Notes: a model not told the origin generated them from the sequence alone. Counted from the first letter of the stretch, positions 40,152 to 52,749 are shown. The stretch is 64,000 nt of DNA from Nitrospirota bacterium (GCA_963740085.1 CAVUCU010000001.1:928001-992000); one strand, 5' to 3'. Numbers and translations are program-made.

Positions 40152-40853
40152 CTAATAGAAATTGATGAAAAGGACCAGGAACGACAGGCTTTTGGCAACT
40201 TCCATCCAGCCGACAGTCTGGAGTTTGACCTTATAGAGTGTGGCTGCGGCAATAATGTTGTCCGTCAATGGGAGGAGGACGACGATCGGGATCTGCATCC
40301 GCCAATAGATGAAGACGGCGAAGGCGGCATACAGGACCGTCAGGACCCGGTACTGCATTTTTCTGAGCAGCAGGGTCTTGACCTTGAATACATTGGCCGT
40401 GAAATACAGTGCCACGCCCAGAAAAAGCCGAAGATCCAGGTGGTCCGTCAGGAGAAATTTTACCAGGACGGCCGCCAGACTGAGAAGGGCAAATCCAAGT
40501 ACCTCGGTGAGGATGAAATGCTCGCCGGCAAACCTGTTCATCAAGAGATAAGCGCCGGGAACGACCAGCAGGGGCAGCAGCCTGGGGATGTTACTGCCGA
40601 AGAGTGCAATAAAGATCGCCGTTGCGATGAAGAGCTGGCCAAGGAAGATCACGAGGGACGCTCTGTCCTCTGTCCGGCGGAGCCATTTTGATAATGCCTG
40701 TTTGGCATTGATCAGCAGGCCGAGGGCCAGGAACAGCGGGATCACGGCCCAGGAGAACGCACGACTTACACCCACTCCGATCAGGGAAACAGTTATCAGG
40801 ACACTCCAGGCGCCGTACTCTTTCAGGAAATATCCTTTTATCTCGGGTCTCAT
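40152..40853 (-). CDS. YwiC-like membrane protein
   Basis: N-terminal KEYGAW and C-terminal VGWMEV motifs, ~7-8 TM segments. Confidence 0.7.
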   Translation of the reverse strand: MRPEIKGYFLKEYGAWSVLITVSLIGVGVSRAFSWAVIPLFLALGLLINAKQALSKWLRRTEDRASLVIFLGQLFIATAIFIALFGSNIPRLLPLLVVPGAYLLMNRFAGEHFILTEVLGFALLSLAAVLVKFLLTDHLDLRLFLGVALYFTANVFKVKTLLLRKMQYRVLTVLYAAFAVFIYWRMQIPIVVLLPLTDNIIAAATLYKVKLQTVGWMEVAKSLSFLVLFINFY

Positions 40854-40985
40854 GGGGGGAAGTATATCATGAAGCGGACAGGAGGATTATGAGACAAATC
40901 ATAAGAGTCGGGAGGCATGGGTCAGGAAAGACAGATAATGAAGACTCCTTGCTGGGTTCGTTTTCCCCTGACCCTTTTTACAATG

Positions 40986-42440
40986 CTACATGATCCCGAC
41001 GATCGAGGCGCGCGCGAAGTTCAGCAGGTTTGTCGGGTACACGCCGATAACGATCACGGCGGTCGCCGAGATCGCAAGCGCGAGCGCAAGGGACGGTGCG
41101 GTTGAGAGTTCGATGGGGGCCTTCGGCTCGCTCATATACATGACCATGATGACCCGGAGATAGAAGTAGGCGCTGATGGCCGAAAACAGCACGCCCACGA
41201 CGGCAAGCCAGACAAGACCGGCCTGCACGGCGGCTTTAAAAATGTAGAACTTTCCCACGAACCCGGCAAGGGGCGGAATGCCCGTAAGCGAGAACATGAA
41301 GATGAGCATGAGAAACGCCGCAGTCTTGTTGGTCTTGCCCAGACCCGCGAAGTCCGTTATTTCCTCACCCCGTTTCCCCGCCTTCCGGAGCATGATCACG
41401 ACTCCGAAAGCACCCATGTTCATGAGCGCGTAGATACAGACATACAGCATTACGCTCGCCGCGCCTTCCGGCCCTCCCGCGGCAAGGCCGACGAGGGCGT
41501 ACCCGGCATGGGCAATGGACGAATAGGCCAGCATGCGCTTGATATTCGTCTGGGACAGGGCCAGGATATTCCCCACCGCCATGGTCAGCACGGCAAGGCC
41601 GGCGAGAATCGCGGTGGAATGTCCGTGCAAAGGCTCGAGCGTGTAGAGAAAGAGGCGAAGCAGGACGGCGAAGCCGGCGACCTTGGGCCCTGCGGACATG
41701 AACGCCGTAACCGGCGTGGGGGCCCCTTCGTAAACATCCGGAACCCACATATGGAATGGCACAGCGGCAACTTTGAATCCGAAGCTCACGATCAGCATGA
41801 TCATGGCCAGAAAAAGCACGGGATTCGTGAGGTCCGCGCCGTGCAGGAACGCGAGGATCCCGGGGAGTTTTGTGGTCCCCGAAAGCCCGTACAGAAGCGA
41901 CATGCCGTACACCATGATCCCGGATGAGAAGGCGCCGAGGACCAGATACTTGATGGCCGCCTCGTTCGACCGGCTGTCCCGCCGCATAAAGCCCGCAAGG
42001 ATATAGATAGAGAGCGCCATGAGCTCCAGACCGAGATATATGGTGATGAGGTCGCCTGCCGATGCCATCATCATCATTCCGCTCGTGGCAAAGAGCATCA
42101 GGGCATAGTATTCACCTCGATGGATCTCCTCGATCTTCAGATAATTGATGGACACCAGGATGCCGAGGCCGCAGGCAACATAGAAGACGAACTTGAAGTA
42201 CGTGGAAAACGGATCGAGCAGGAATGTGCCGTCGAAGAAAGACCCGCTCATCGTCATCAACTCCGTGCTCACATACGCGGCGATGATGATGCCGACCAGG
42301 CTGAACCAGCCGAGAACGGCCTTGTGCTCCTTCTCTACAAAAAAATCGAGGACGAGCACCGAGAGCGCCACAATGATCAAGACAAGCTCGGGAAGTATCG
42401 GGAGGACGATTTGTTGAAATTGCTGATACATGCTGGGCAT
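40986..42440 (-). CDS. nuoN: NADH-quinone oxidoreductase subunit N
   Basis: LELMAL, EAAIKYL, FKVAAVPFHMWVPDVYEGAPTP, SLTGIPPLAGF.GK. Confidence 0.95.
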   Translation of the reverse strand: MPSMYQQFQQIVLPILPELVLIIVALSVLVLDFFVEKEHKAVLGWFSLVGIIIAAYVSTELMTMSGSFFDGTFLLDPFSTYFKFVFYVACGLGILVSINYLKIEEIHRGEYYALMLFATSGMMMMASAGDLITIYLGLELMALSIYILAGFMRRDSRSNEAAIKYLVLGAFSSGIMVYGMSLLYGLSGTTKLPGILAFLHGADLTNPVLFLAMIMLIVSFGFKVAAVPFHMWVPDVYEGAPTPVTAFMSAGPKVAGFAVLLRLFLYTLEPLHGHSTAILAGLAVLTMAVGNILALSQTNIKRMLAYSSIAHAGYALVGLAAGGPEGAASVMLYVCIYALMNMGAFGVVIMLRKAGKRGEEITDFAGLGKTNKTAAFLMLIFMFSLTGIPPLAGFVGKFYIFKAAVQAGLVWLAVVGVLFSAISAYFYLRVIMVMYMSEPKAPIELSTAPSLALALAISATAVIVIGVYPTNLLNFARASIVGIM

Positions 42441-42456
42441 CGGGTTCTCCTTGACC

Positions 42457-43995
42457 TTAATTTCCTATAAGCGTGCCGAGCGCCTGCGAAACCGCCGGAA
42501 CGGACTGCATTTTGGCATTCACGTGCTGGATCAGGTTCGCCACTGAAACGTGCATGACCCCGAAGGCAGCGTTCGGATAGAGGCCGATGACGAATACCAG
42601 CGCAACAAGCGGAAGCGCCGCGACCACTTCACGCGTGTTCATGTCCGCGAGGTGTTCATTGTGCGGATTGGTTATTTTCCCCAGGGCAACGCGCTGATAG
42701 AGCCAGAGCATGTACCCCGCGCCAAGGATGATGCCGAGCGAGGCGATCACGGCATAGGGCTTGTAGTGCAGGAACGCTCCGAGCAGGATCGTGAATTCGC
42801 CGATGAAGCCGTTCATGCCGGGCAGGCCGATGGAGGAAAGGGTAATGATCAGCAGGAACGTGGCATAGACCGGCACCCTTGACGCAATGCCGCCGTAGTC
42901 GGCGATCAGCCTGGTATGCGTGCGCTCATAGATCACGCCCACGGCAAGGAAGAGCGCTCCGGTCGACACGCCGTGGTTCAGCATCTGAAGAATGCCGCCT
43001 TCCATGCCCTGGAGGTTCATCGCGAAGATACCGAGCGTGACAAAACCCATATGGCTCACGCTCGAATAGGCGATCAGCTTCTTGAAATCCGTCTGGGCAA
43101 AGGCCATGTAGGCGCCATAGATGATGCCGATCACGGACAAGATCATGATCGCCGGTGTCCAGGCAATGGCCGCATCGGGGAAAAAAGGCAGCGAGAACCG
43201 AAGGAAACCATAAGCGCCCATTTTGATAAGGATCCCTGCCAGGATGATGCTGCCTGCAGTCGGCGCCTCCACGTGAGCGTCAGGCAACCAGGTGTGAACC
43301 GGGAACATCGGCACTTTGACCGCGAAAGCCGCAAAGAACGCCGCGAATGCCCAGAACTGGAAAGTCGGGGTGAACTTGTGGTCCATGATGGCAAGCACAT
43401 CAAAGGTATGGCCCGCGGCAAAATACACCGCGATGATCGCGACCAGCATAAGCACGCTTCCGACCAGGGTGTAGAGAAAGAACTTGACGGCGGCATAGAG
43501 CCGGTTTGGACCGCCCCACACGCCGATCAGGAGGTACATGGGGATCAGCATTGCTTCCCAGAACAGGTAGAAAAGGAACAGGTCGAGGGACATGAACACA
43601 CCGATGATCGCCGCCTCCAGGAACAACATCGCGATCATGAACTCCCGTACGCGGTCCTGAATGGCCGTCCACGACACCATGATGGAGATCGTGGTGAGAA
43701 GCGTGGTCAGCGCCACGAACAGAATACTGATGCCGTCGACGCCGAGCCGGTAGTTGATGTCCCATGCCGCGATCCAGGACAGGCTCTCGCCGAACTGCAT
43801 ATTCGGTGTGGAGCCGTCGAAGTTCAGGAGGAGCGGCAGACACAGAAGAAGCTCGACAATCGAGAAACCGAGCGCGATCCAGCGAACCGTGGCCGCGTTC
43901 CGGATGAACAGCAGGATGAACGAGCCGAGCACGGGGATGAAGATCATGAGGCTCAGCAGCGGATAATCGAGCTGGTGGAGATTAAGTTCGAGCAT
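42457..43995 (-). CDS. nuoM: NADH-quinone oxidoreductase subunit M
   Basis: LGVDGIS, FWEAMLIPMY, VKVPMFPVHTWLPDAHVEAPT, GFIGEF. Confidence 0.95.
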   Translation of the reverse strand: MLELNLHQLDYPLLSLMIFIPVLGSFILLFIRNAATVRWIALGFSIVELLLCLPLLLNFDGSTPNMQFGESLSWIAAWDINYRLGVDGISILFVALTTLLTTISIMVSWTAIQDRVREFMIAMLFLEAAIIGVFMSLDLFLFYLFWEAMLIPMYLLIGVWGGPNRLYAAVKFFLYTLVGSVLMLVAIIAVYFAAGHTFDVLAIMDHKFTPTFQFWAFAAFFAAFAVKVPMFPVHTWLPDAHVEAPTAGSIILAGILIKMGAYGFLRFSLPFFPDAAIAWTPAIMILSVIGIIYGAYMAFAQTDFKKLIAYSSVSHMGFVTLGIFAMNLQGMEGGILQMLNHGVSTGALFLAVGVIYERTHTRLIADYGGIASRVPVYATFLLIITLSSIGLPGMNGFIGEFTILLGAFLHYKPYAVIASLGIILGAGYMLWLYQRVALGKITNPHNEHLADMNTREVVAALPLVALVFVIGLYPNAAFGVMHVSVANLIQHVNAKMQSVPAVSQALGTLIGN

Positions 43996-44069
43996 GGATC
44001 AGGCTCCTTTATGCAGAGCACAGAGAGCGGAGGATCGAACCCTCCGGCCCACGCGCTTTGCGTATCATT

Positions 44070-45995
<1,926 letters not shown>

Positions 45996-46020
45996 AATAT
46001 CTCCAAAAGGAAGTCTATTG

Positions 46021-46119
46021 AGACTAGAATAGAGTTCATTGAGTTCGTTGAGTCGATGTATCCGAGGCCTTGGTTCTCACTCTATAAACTCTACAAACTC
46101 TATGAACTCTAGTAACTCG
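46021..46119. repeat. 9-nt-unit palindrome (TAGAGTTCA/ACTCTATGA family), 3' of nuoK
   Basis: TAGAGTTCATTGAGTTCGTTGAGT...ACTCTATAAACTCTACAAACTCTATGAACTCTA. Confidence 0.75.
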
Positions 46120-46120
46120 C

Positions 46121-46423
46121 CTAGCCCTTCATGATCGTAAACTCATCCGCGTACACGGTCCCGCGGTTCCGCGAGATCAGGATGATGATCGCAAGCGCAA
46201 CGGCCGCCTCTGCCGCCGCCACGGTGATGACGAAGATCACGAACACCTGGCCGGTGAGCGACTGAAGGTAGTGTGAAAAAGCGACCAGGTTGATGTTCGC
46301 CGCGTTCAGCATAAGCTCGATGGACATGAGAATAATGAATATATTGCGACGGGTAAGCACGCCGACCACACCGATGGTGAACAGCGCCGCGCTCAGCATA
46401 ATATACCAGGATAAAGGGATCAT
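46121..46423 (-). CDS. nuoK: NADH-quinone oxidoreductase subunit K
   Basis: [23 protein letters not shown]; GGAGG RBS before ATG 46423. Confidence 0.95.
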   Translation of the reverse strand: MIPLSWYIMLSAALFTIGVVGVLTRRNIFIILMSIELMLNAANINLVAFSHYLQSLTGQVFVIFVITVAAAEAAVALAIIILISRNRGTVYADEFTIMKG

Positions 46424-46438
46424 AAAACCTCCAAGATG

Positions 46439-46536
46439 AGAGTCCATAGTGTTCATAGAGTCTGTAGAGTTTATAGAGTTAGACCCATGGGTTTAAATTC
46501 TATTAACTCCATGAACTCAATAGACTCGAGAGACTC
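46439..46536. repeat. 9-nt-unit palindrome, 5' of nuoK
   Basis: GAGTCCATAGTGTTCATAGAGTCTGTAGAGTTTATAGAGTT...AACTCCATGAACTCAATAGACTC. Confidence 0.75.
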
Positions 46537-47043
46537 TTAATCACTCGTTCTTTTTTTCGCCAGCATGACCGCCCCGATTAACCCGACGAGGAGGATGACG
46601 GACGCGATCTCGAACGGGATCAGATACTTCTGATAGAGTACGATACCCAGTTCCTTGACCCCTGTGCCGGCAAGCGACATGGATTGACCGGCTTCCGCCG
46701 GGAACGAGCCATGCGAGACCAACAGCATGATCTCTCCCGCGATCAGCACGCCGAACGCGATCATCCAGGGCCAGAACCGGTTCGCCCGGGCAGCGGAACT
46801 TTCCTTGTCCACATTCAACAGCATGACCACAAAAAGGTAAAGGATCAGGATGGCGCCGGCGTACACGATAAGCTGCACTGCGGCGAGGAACTCGGCATGG
46901 AGCAGCACAAAGACCCCCGCAATATGGAAGAACAGGAGCAGCATGAACATGATGCTGTGCACCGGGTTTCGGCGCGTGATGGTGAGAAGCGCCGATGCTA
47001 CGATGACAAGGGCAAAGTATATGAATATGATCTTGCTCATCAT
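46537..47043 (-). CDS. nuoJ: NADH-quinone oxidoreductase subunit J
   Basis: RNPVHS, AEFLAAVQLIVYAGAI..L.LFVVML, PFEIAS. Confidence 0.95.
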   Translation of the reverse strand: MMSKIIFIYFALVIVASALLTITRRNPVHSIMFMLLLFFHIAGVFVLLHAEFLAAVQLIVYAGAILILYLFVVMLLNVDKESSAARANRFWPWMIAFGVLIAGEIMLLVSHGSFPAEAGQSMSLAGTGVKELGIVLYQKYLIPFEIASVILLVGLIGAVMLAKKRTSD

Positions 47044-47510
47044 TGTTTTTTTGCCGCCTTCCTGCCCATATAGTTGTCCCCCACTTCAACAAGCCGGTCC
47101 TGCGTATAGAACGCGTCCTTCCGGGAATAACAGGCAAGCTCGAATTCAGGAGTCATCAGGATCGCGGACACGGGACACGCATCTATGCAAAATCCGCAGA
47201 ACACGCACCGGAACAGGTCGAGTTCATAGGAGGTCACGATCTTTTCGTGCTCTGGCCCCTCGGTGGTGATCACGGTTATTGCCTTGGCGGGACAGACCGC
47301 CTCGCACAAGCCGCATCCGATGCACGCGGCTTTCCCCTCCTCGTTCCGCCGCATGGCATGAAGTCCGCGCGAGCCGGGGATCGGCTTGCGCTTGAACGTC
47401 GGGTACTGCCGGGTGATCGCCGGTTTCAGCATGGTCTTGAGCGTCAAGGCCATACCCTGGGCTAGCTCGACCAGGAAGATCGTTTTAAGCAGCTTTTTTG
47501 CCTTATTCAT
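47040..47510 (-). CDS. nuoI: NADH-quinone oxidoreductase subunit I
   Basis: T.QYP, CIGCGLCEAVCP, CVFCGFCIDACP. Confidence 0.95.
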   Translation of the reverse strand: MNKAKKLLKTIFLVELAQGMALTLKTMLKPAITRQYPTFKRKPIPGSRGLHAMRRNEEGKAACIGCGLCEAVCPAKAITVITTEGPEHEKIVTSYELDLFRCVFCGFCIDACPVSAILMTPEFELACYSRKDAFYTQDRLVEVGDNYMGRKAAKKQ

Positions 47511-47554
47511 CGTGTTAAACTCCTAACTCCGAACTCGCAAACCCTGAACTGCTT

Positions 47555-48640
47555 TTACAACCATCCCATCTGCTTCATACCCGCCGCCACCAGCAGGGTG
47601 CCGAGCGACAGGGGGAGCAGGAACTTCCACGAAAGCTTCATGAGCTGGTCATACCGGTACCGTGGGAGCGTGGCGCGAAGCCACATATAGAAGAAGATAA
47701 AGAAATACAGCTTGGCAAGCAGCCACATCGTCGGTGGAATCGCGGCCAGCAGGGTGTTTATCCAGGAGATCGGGGCGATATGGCCGAGCGTATGCGGCAG
47801 GATCTGCAACGGCAGCCACCCCCCGAGGAACATGATGCTCGCGAGCAGCGACACGACCATCATGCTTATATATTCGGCCATGAAGAACAGGGCAAACCGG
47901 ATGCCGCTGTACTCGGTGAAATATCCGGCCACAAGCTCGCTCTCCGCCTCGGGCAGGTCAAAGGGCACACGGTTCGTCTCGGCGATGCCTGCAAAAAGGT
48001 AGAGGAAGAACGCCACCGGACCAACCGGCAAGGCCGTGATGAACCACCCTTTCTCCTGGGCATTCACAATGTCCGACAGGTTCAGCGACCCGGCCATAAG
48101 CACGACGGTAATGACGGCAAAGGCCATGGGGATCTCATAGCTGATCATCTGGGCAGCCGAACGGAACCCTCCCATAAGGGAATATTTATTATTGGAAGCC
48201 CAGCCTGCCATGATCACGCCATAGGTGCCGATACTGGCAAACGCGAGGATGTAGAGCACACCGATGTTCAAATTTGAAACCAGGAGGGGTACCTCCCTGG
48301 GAAGAAGGCCGAAGATCCTTGTGGGAGGACCGAAGGGGATGACGACGATGGCGCCGAAGGCCATGGTGAGCAGGATAAGCGGTGCGATGCTGAACACCCA
48401 TTTGTCGGCCTTGGCCGGGATGATGTCCTCTTTCATCATGAACTTTAATCCGTCCGCAATAGGCTGGAGCAGCCCGTGCCAGCCGGTCCTCATCGGTCCG
48501 AGCCTCGCCTGCATGTGCGCGAGCACCTTGCGTTCCATATAGGAGAGATAGGCGGCATTCAGCATGACAAATCCCAGCAACAGGACCACCGGAATGACGA
48601 GGCCGGTGAAGACGTTCACTATCTGAGGTATTCCTGGCAT
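47555..48640 (-). CDS. nuoH: NADH-quinone oxidoreductase subunit H
   Basis: ERKV.AHMQARLGP, QPIADGLK, ETNRVPFDLPEAESELVAG, PRYRYDQLM. Confidence 0.96.
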   Translation of the reverse strand: MPGIPQIVNVFTGLVIPVVLLLGFVMLNAAYLSYMERKVLAHMQARLGPMRTGWHGLLQPIADGLKFMMKEDIIPAKADKWVFSIAPLILLTMAFGAIVVIPFGPPTRIFGLLPREVPLLVSNLNIGVLYILAFASIGTYGVIMAGWASNNKYSLMGGFRSAAQMISYEIPMAFAVITVVLMAGSLNLSDIVNAQEKGWFITALPVGPVAFFLYLFAGIAETNRVPFDLPEAESELVAGYFTEYSGIRFALFFMAEYISMMVVSLLASIMFLGGWLPLQILPHTLGHIAPISWINTLLAAIPPTMWLLAKLYFFIFFYMWLRATLPRYRYDQLMKLSWKFLLPLSLGTLLVAAGMKQMGWL

Positions 48641-48649
48641 GTTGTGCTC

Positions 48650-50830
48650 CTACACTTCGATCTTGATGTGTCGTATGGTCCCTATCTCATGGGAGCGCGT
48701 GATCGAACCGCCCGAGGAGAAGAGCAGACGCTCGGCAGTGATCACTTCCTGCTTCATGATCGAATCAGACGACAGTGAAAGGTCTACGTCGGTGTTCAAC
48801 AGAGGCGACTTCTCGCGCGGCCAGCATGAGCCGATGGCGAGATCCGTATACAGGGGCACGACGGACTTGATCTCGTTCATGATATCCCGGGGAGAGGCAT
48901 ACTGCATGGACCCGCCCATACGCTTCGCGACATCCTGGATGATCTCCCAATCAGGCCGCGACTCGCCGACCGGTTCCTCCGCCTTGTCCAGCTTCTGAAG
49001 CCTGCGTTCGAGGTTGGTGAACGTCCCGGTCTTCTCCGCGCTCGCCGCCGCCGGCAGCACCACATTGGCGATCCCCGCCGTCTCGGTCATGAAGATGTCC
49101 TGCACGACCAGGAAATCCAGTTTGCGGAGCGGCTCTCTGAGATGGGCATCACTTCCCACCGGGTCATCGCCCATGATGTAAAGCGCCGCGAGTTTGCCGG
49201 GCGCAATGGCATTGATCATCTCGACGGCATTCATGCCCGGCGTTTCCGGCAGGATCGCATTCCACGCGCCCGCGAACGAGGCGGTCGTGTCGGCATCCAC
49301 GCTGCGATACCCCGGGTAATAGGCCGGATTCACTCCCATGTCGAGCGAACCCTGGAAATTGCTCCGCCGCACCAGCGGATAGTGGGTCACGTTCTTGAGC
49401 TGTCCCGAGAGCACCTTGATATTCACGAACTCCTTGTCGGTCACCCGTGCGGGTACGATGATCGCGACACTCGCAGCCGCTTTCAGAAGATCCGCGGCGG
49501 TCAACACCTCGCTCCTGCCCTTTCCCTTTCCGGAAGAGAGAGCGGAAACCAGTTCTTCGATCGCTTGTTCGGCACCCAGAGGAATTATCACCGAGGCGAG
49601 CTTGTTGAATTTATTGCTCCCGGTGTTCACCAGGATGACCTTCCGTTCCTTCTTGTTCACCGCGCGGACGATCTCGATTCCCGTGAGCGGATTGATCTCG
49701 CCTACATTGCTGTCCAGCACGAGGATGACCTCGTGCTCGCCGATCTTGTTCAATTCACCCGAAAAGAAAGCGGCATCCAGCCCCTTCGGGACCTTGAGCC
49801 TCGCGAGCATATCGACATTGTTCGTCCCGACCACGGTGCGCATGAACTTCTGGAAAAGGTAGCTCTCCTCATTCGTGGTCCGGACCGATCCGAGTCCGCC
49901 GATGCTCTCGGGCCCGCGTTTGTTCTTGATCACCTTGAGATTGGTGGCGATGACCGAAAGCGCCTCGTCCCAGGTGCAGTCCACCAGCTCGCCGCCTACC
50001 CGCATTTTCGGGGTCGTGATCCGCTCGCTGCTGTGAACAGCGTCCCAGCCGAAACGACCCTTGGCGCACAGGTAGTTCTCCCGTGCAGGGCCCACGCGCA
50101 TGATCTTTCCGTCGCGCGTTTCATAGGTGATGCCGCAGCCGCAGCCGCAGTAATTGCAAACCGACTTCGTCCCCTCAAGGTTCCAGGAGCGCGCTTTAAA
50201 CTTGAACTGGCGTGTCGTGAGCGCCCCCACGGGGCAGATCTCGGTGCATTCGCCGCAGAACTCGCAGTCCAGCGGCCGGTCAAAGTCGGTGCTGATGCGC
50301 GCCCTCGTACCGCGTCTGGTGAAGGCCCACTCTCCCACACCATTCTGCTCATCGCAGATCCTGACGCATTTTCCGCAAAGGATGCAGCGGCTGATGTTCC
50401 GCTCGACGATCGGGCTTTCGTAATCCGGCGGCAGGTAGCCCTTTTCAGCATCGAACCGGCCCGCATCGAGTCCGTACTCGTGTGTGAGGTCCTGGAGCTG
50501 GCATTCGCCCGCCTTGTCGCAAACCGGACAGTCCAGGGGATGCTTGATGAGCAGGAGTTCGAGCACCATCCGTCTCGCCTCGATCAGCGCGGGGCTCGTT
50601 GTCCTGACAACCATGTTGTCCATCGCCGGCGTGGTGCACGACGGCGTGAACTTGCGCGGCGTTCCCTCCACTTCAACAAGACAGATCCGGCATGCGCCGA
50701 ACGGATGGAGCTTGTTGTCATGGCACAGGGTCGGGACCCTCGATCCGGCCGCGTTCGCGGCATCAAGGATCGTGGACCCTACCGGCACCTCGACCTTCTT
50801 TCCATCAACTGTTACCGTCATTTTCGACAT
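48650..50830 (-). CDS. nuoG: NuoG / FdhA-like Fe-S subunit lacking a Mo/W ligand
   Basis: CH..GACRIC..SC, HPLDCPVCDKAGECQLQ, CILCGKC, CEFCGECTEICP, CNYCGCGC..LCAKG. Confidence 0.88.
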   Translation of the reverse strand: MSKMTVTVDGKKVEVPVGSTILDAANAAGSRVPTLCHDNKLHPFGACRICLVEVEGTPRKFTPSCTTPAMDNMVVRTTSPALIEARRMVLELLLIKHPLDCPVCDKAGECQLQDLTHEYGLDAGRFDAEKGYLPPDYESPIVERNISRCILCGKCVRICDEQNGVGEWAFTRRGTRARISTDFDRPLDCEFCGECTEICPVGALTTRQFKFKARSWNLEGTKSVCNYCGCGCGITYETRDGKIMRVGPARENYLCAKGRFGWDAVHSSERITTPKMRVGGELVDCTWDEALSVIATNLKVIKNKRGPESIGGLGSVRTTNEESYLFQKFMRTVVGTNNVDMLARLKVPKGLDAAFFSGELNKIGEHEVILVLDSNVGEINPLTGIEIVRAVNKKERKVILVNTGSNKFNKLASVIIPLGAEQAIEELVSALSSGKGKGRSEVLTAADLLKAAASVAIIVPARVTDKEFVNIKVLSGQLKNVTHYPLVRRSNFQGSLDMGVNPAYYPGYRSVDADTTASFAGAWNAILPETPGMNAVEMINAIAPGKLAALYIMGDDPVGSDAHLREPLRKLDFLVVQDIFMTETAGIANVVLPAAASAEKTGTFTNLERRLQKLDKAEEPVGESRPDWEIIQDVAKRMGGSMQYASPRDIMNEIKSVVPLYTDLAIGSCWPREKSPLLNTDVDLSLSSDSIMKQEVITAERLLFSSGGSITRSHEIGTIRHIKIEV

Positions 50831-50853
50831 AGTTTTTACCTTAAACCTTTTTT

Positions 50854-50924
50854 ACCACAGAGATCGAAGAGATTTGAACCCTGGTTTCGAATCTTTCGTT
50901 GTTTTTCTCTGTGTCCTCTGTGGT
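50854..50924. repeat. CACAGAG/CTCTGTG-family palindrome between nuoF and nuoG
   Basis: ACCACAGAGATCGAAGAG...CTCTGTGTCCTCTGTGGT. Confidence 0.7.
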
Positions 50925-50937
50925 GAAGATTTTACCC

Positions 50938-52731
50938 TTAATCTATGGACCAGAACCTGCAGGCCTTGATGCACGATTTGCACTTCGTGCACTTTTCCGG
51001 ATCGATATAAGCGACCTGGCCCTTTTCCCACTTGAGCGCCCCGGTCGGACAGGCCTTGAAGCACTGCCCGCACTTCTTGCATCTATCCTTGTCCACCACG
51101 AACTTGACGAGTGGCGTGCAGACCCTGGCCGGGCAGCGGTGCTCCTTGATGTGCGCCTCGTACTCATCGCGGAAATACTTGATCGTGGTAAGCACCGGGT
51201 TGGGCGAGGTCTGTCCCAGCCCGCAGAGCGAGGTGTCCTTGATCTGCTGGGAAAGGGCGAGCAGCAGCTCGATATCGCCTTCGCGGCCTTCGCCGTTCGT
51301 GATCCGGGTGAGGATCGAAAGAAGCGTTTTGTTGCCGATGCGGCAGGGCACGCACTTGCCGCAGGACTCGTCCTCGGTGAACTCGAGGAAGAACTTTGCC
51401 ATGGCCGGCATGCACGTGGTCTCGTCCATCACCACCATGCCGCCTGACCCCATGATCGCGCCCGTCTTGTTGATGTTCTCGAAATCAACCGGGGTGTCGA
51501 TGAGCGTGTGGGGGATGCACCCGCCCGAAGGGCCGCCCATCTGCACGGCCTTGAACTTCCGATTGTTCTTGATACCGCCGCCGATATCGAAGATCACGGT
51601 CTTGAGCGGGATGCCCATCGGCACCTCGACGAGGCCAATGTTGTTCAGCGCGCCCGAGAGCGCGAACACCTTCGTTCCCTTGCTCTTTTCGGTCCCCAGG
51701 CTCGAGAACCAGTCCGCGCCGTTCAGGATGATCGGCGGGACATTGGCAAAGGTCTCGACGTTGTTCAGCACCGACGGCCGCATCCACAGGCCCTTGACCG
51801 CGGGGAACGGCGGCTTGGCCCGCGGCATGCCGCGCTTGCCCTCAATGGACGCCATCAGCGCCGTCTCTTCACCGCACACGAAGGCGCCGGCTCCCTGATA
51901 GATCTCGATATCGAGGTCGAACCCCGTGCCGAGGATGTCGTTTCCAAGCAGACCCCGTTCCTTGGCCTGATCGATGGCTATCTGGAGACGGTGCACCGCG
52001 AGCGGATACTCGGCTCTCACATAGATATAGCCGTAGTGGGCATTGATGCCCTTGGCGGCAATGATCATGCCCTCGAGCACCGAGTGCGGATCCGCCTCCA
52101 TGACGCTGCGGTCCATGAACGCGCCGGGGTCGCCTTCGTCGCCGTTGCACAGTATGTACTTGATGTCGCCGGTGACCCGCGCGCAAAGCTCCCATTTCAG
52201 ACCGGTCAGGAACCCTGCGCCGCCGCGTCCGCGCAGCCCCGAACGCTTCACCTCCGCCACGACCTGCTCGGGCGTCATTTCCGTGAGCGCCTTGGCCGCG
52301 GCCATATAACCATCGCGGGCAATATACTCCTCTATCTTCTCCGCATCGATGAGACTCCGGTTCCGAAGAGCCCGCAATACCTGGTGCTTGAAGAACGGAA
52401 TATCGTTCATCACGGGAATCGTGTTCTTCGCCGCAGGCGGCGTATAGAGGAACTTCTGGACCGGTCTCCCTTTGATAAAGTGTTCTTCCACGAGGTACGG
52501 CACATCTCCCGGTTTTACCACCTGGTAGAAGATGTCCTCCGGGTAGACGACCATCACCGGGCCCTTGGCGCAGAACCCGTTGCACCCTGTCAGAACGATC
52601 TTGACCTCGTTCTGAAGGTTGCGCTTGAGAAGCTCGGCCTCGAGCGCGTCCTTCACCTTGAGCGATCCGTTTGCCACGCAGCCCGTGCCTGCGCAGATCA
52701 TTATGTTAGAACGGTATGTCGTCGTTTCCAC
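50938..52731 (-). CDS. nuoF: NuoF-like FMN/NAD subunit of HydB/HndC (bifurcating) type
   Basis: N-terminal CAGTGC..GCNGFC, GLRGRGGAGF, NGDEGDPGAFMDR, GGPSG, SCGKCVPC, H..RCP.VC and two C-terminal CxxCxxCxxxC motifs; 597 aa. Confidence 0.92.
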   Translation of the reverse strand: METTTYRSNIMICAGTGCVANGSLKVKDALEAELLKRNLQNEVKIVLTGCNGFCAKGPVMVVYPEDIFYQVVKPGDVPYLVEEHFIKGRPVQKFLYTPPAAKNTIPVMNDIPFFKHQVLRALRNRSLIDAEKIEEYIARDGYMAAAKALTEMTPEQVVAEVKRSGLRGRGGAGFLTGLKWELCARVTGDIKYILCNGDEGDPGAFMDRSVMEADPHSVLEGMIIAAKGINAHYGYIYVRAEYPLAVHRLQIAIDQAKERGLLGNDILGTGFDLDIEIYQGAGAFVCGEETALMASIEGKRGMPRAKPPFPAVKGLWMRPSVLNNVETFANVPPIILNGADWFSSLGTEKSKGTKVFALSGALNNIGLVEVPMGIPLKTVIFDIGGGIKNNRKFKAVQMGGPSGGCIPHTLIDTPVDFENINKTGAIMGSGGMVVMDETTCMPAMAKFFLEFTEDESCGKCVPCRIGNKTLLSILTRITNGEGREGDIELLLALSQQIKDTSLCGLGQTSPNPVLTTIKYFRDEYEAHIKEHRCPARVCTPLVKFVVDKDRCKKCGQCFKACPTGALKWEKGQVAYIDPEKCTKCKSCIKACRFWSID

Positions 52732-52749
52732 GATAATTACTCCGTATTT

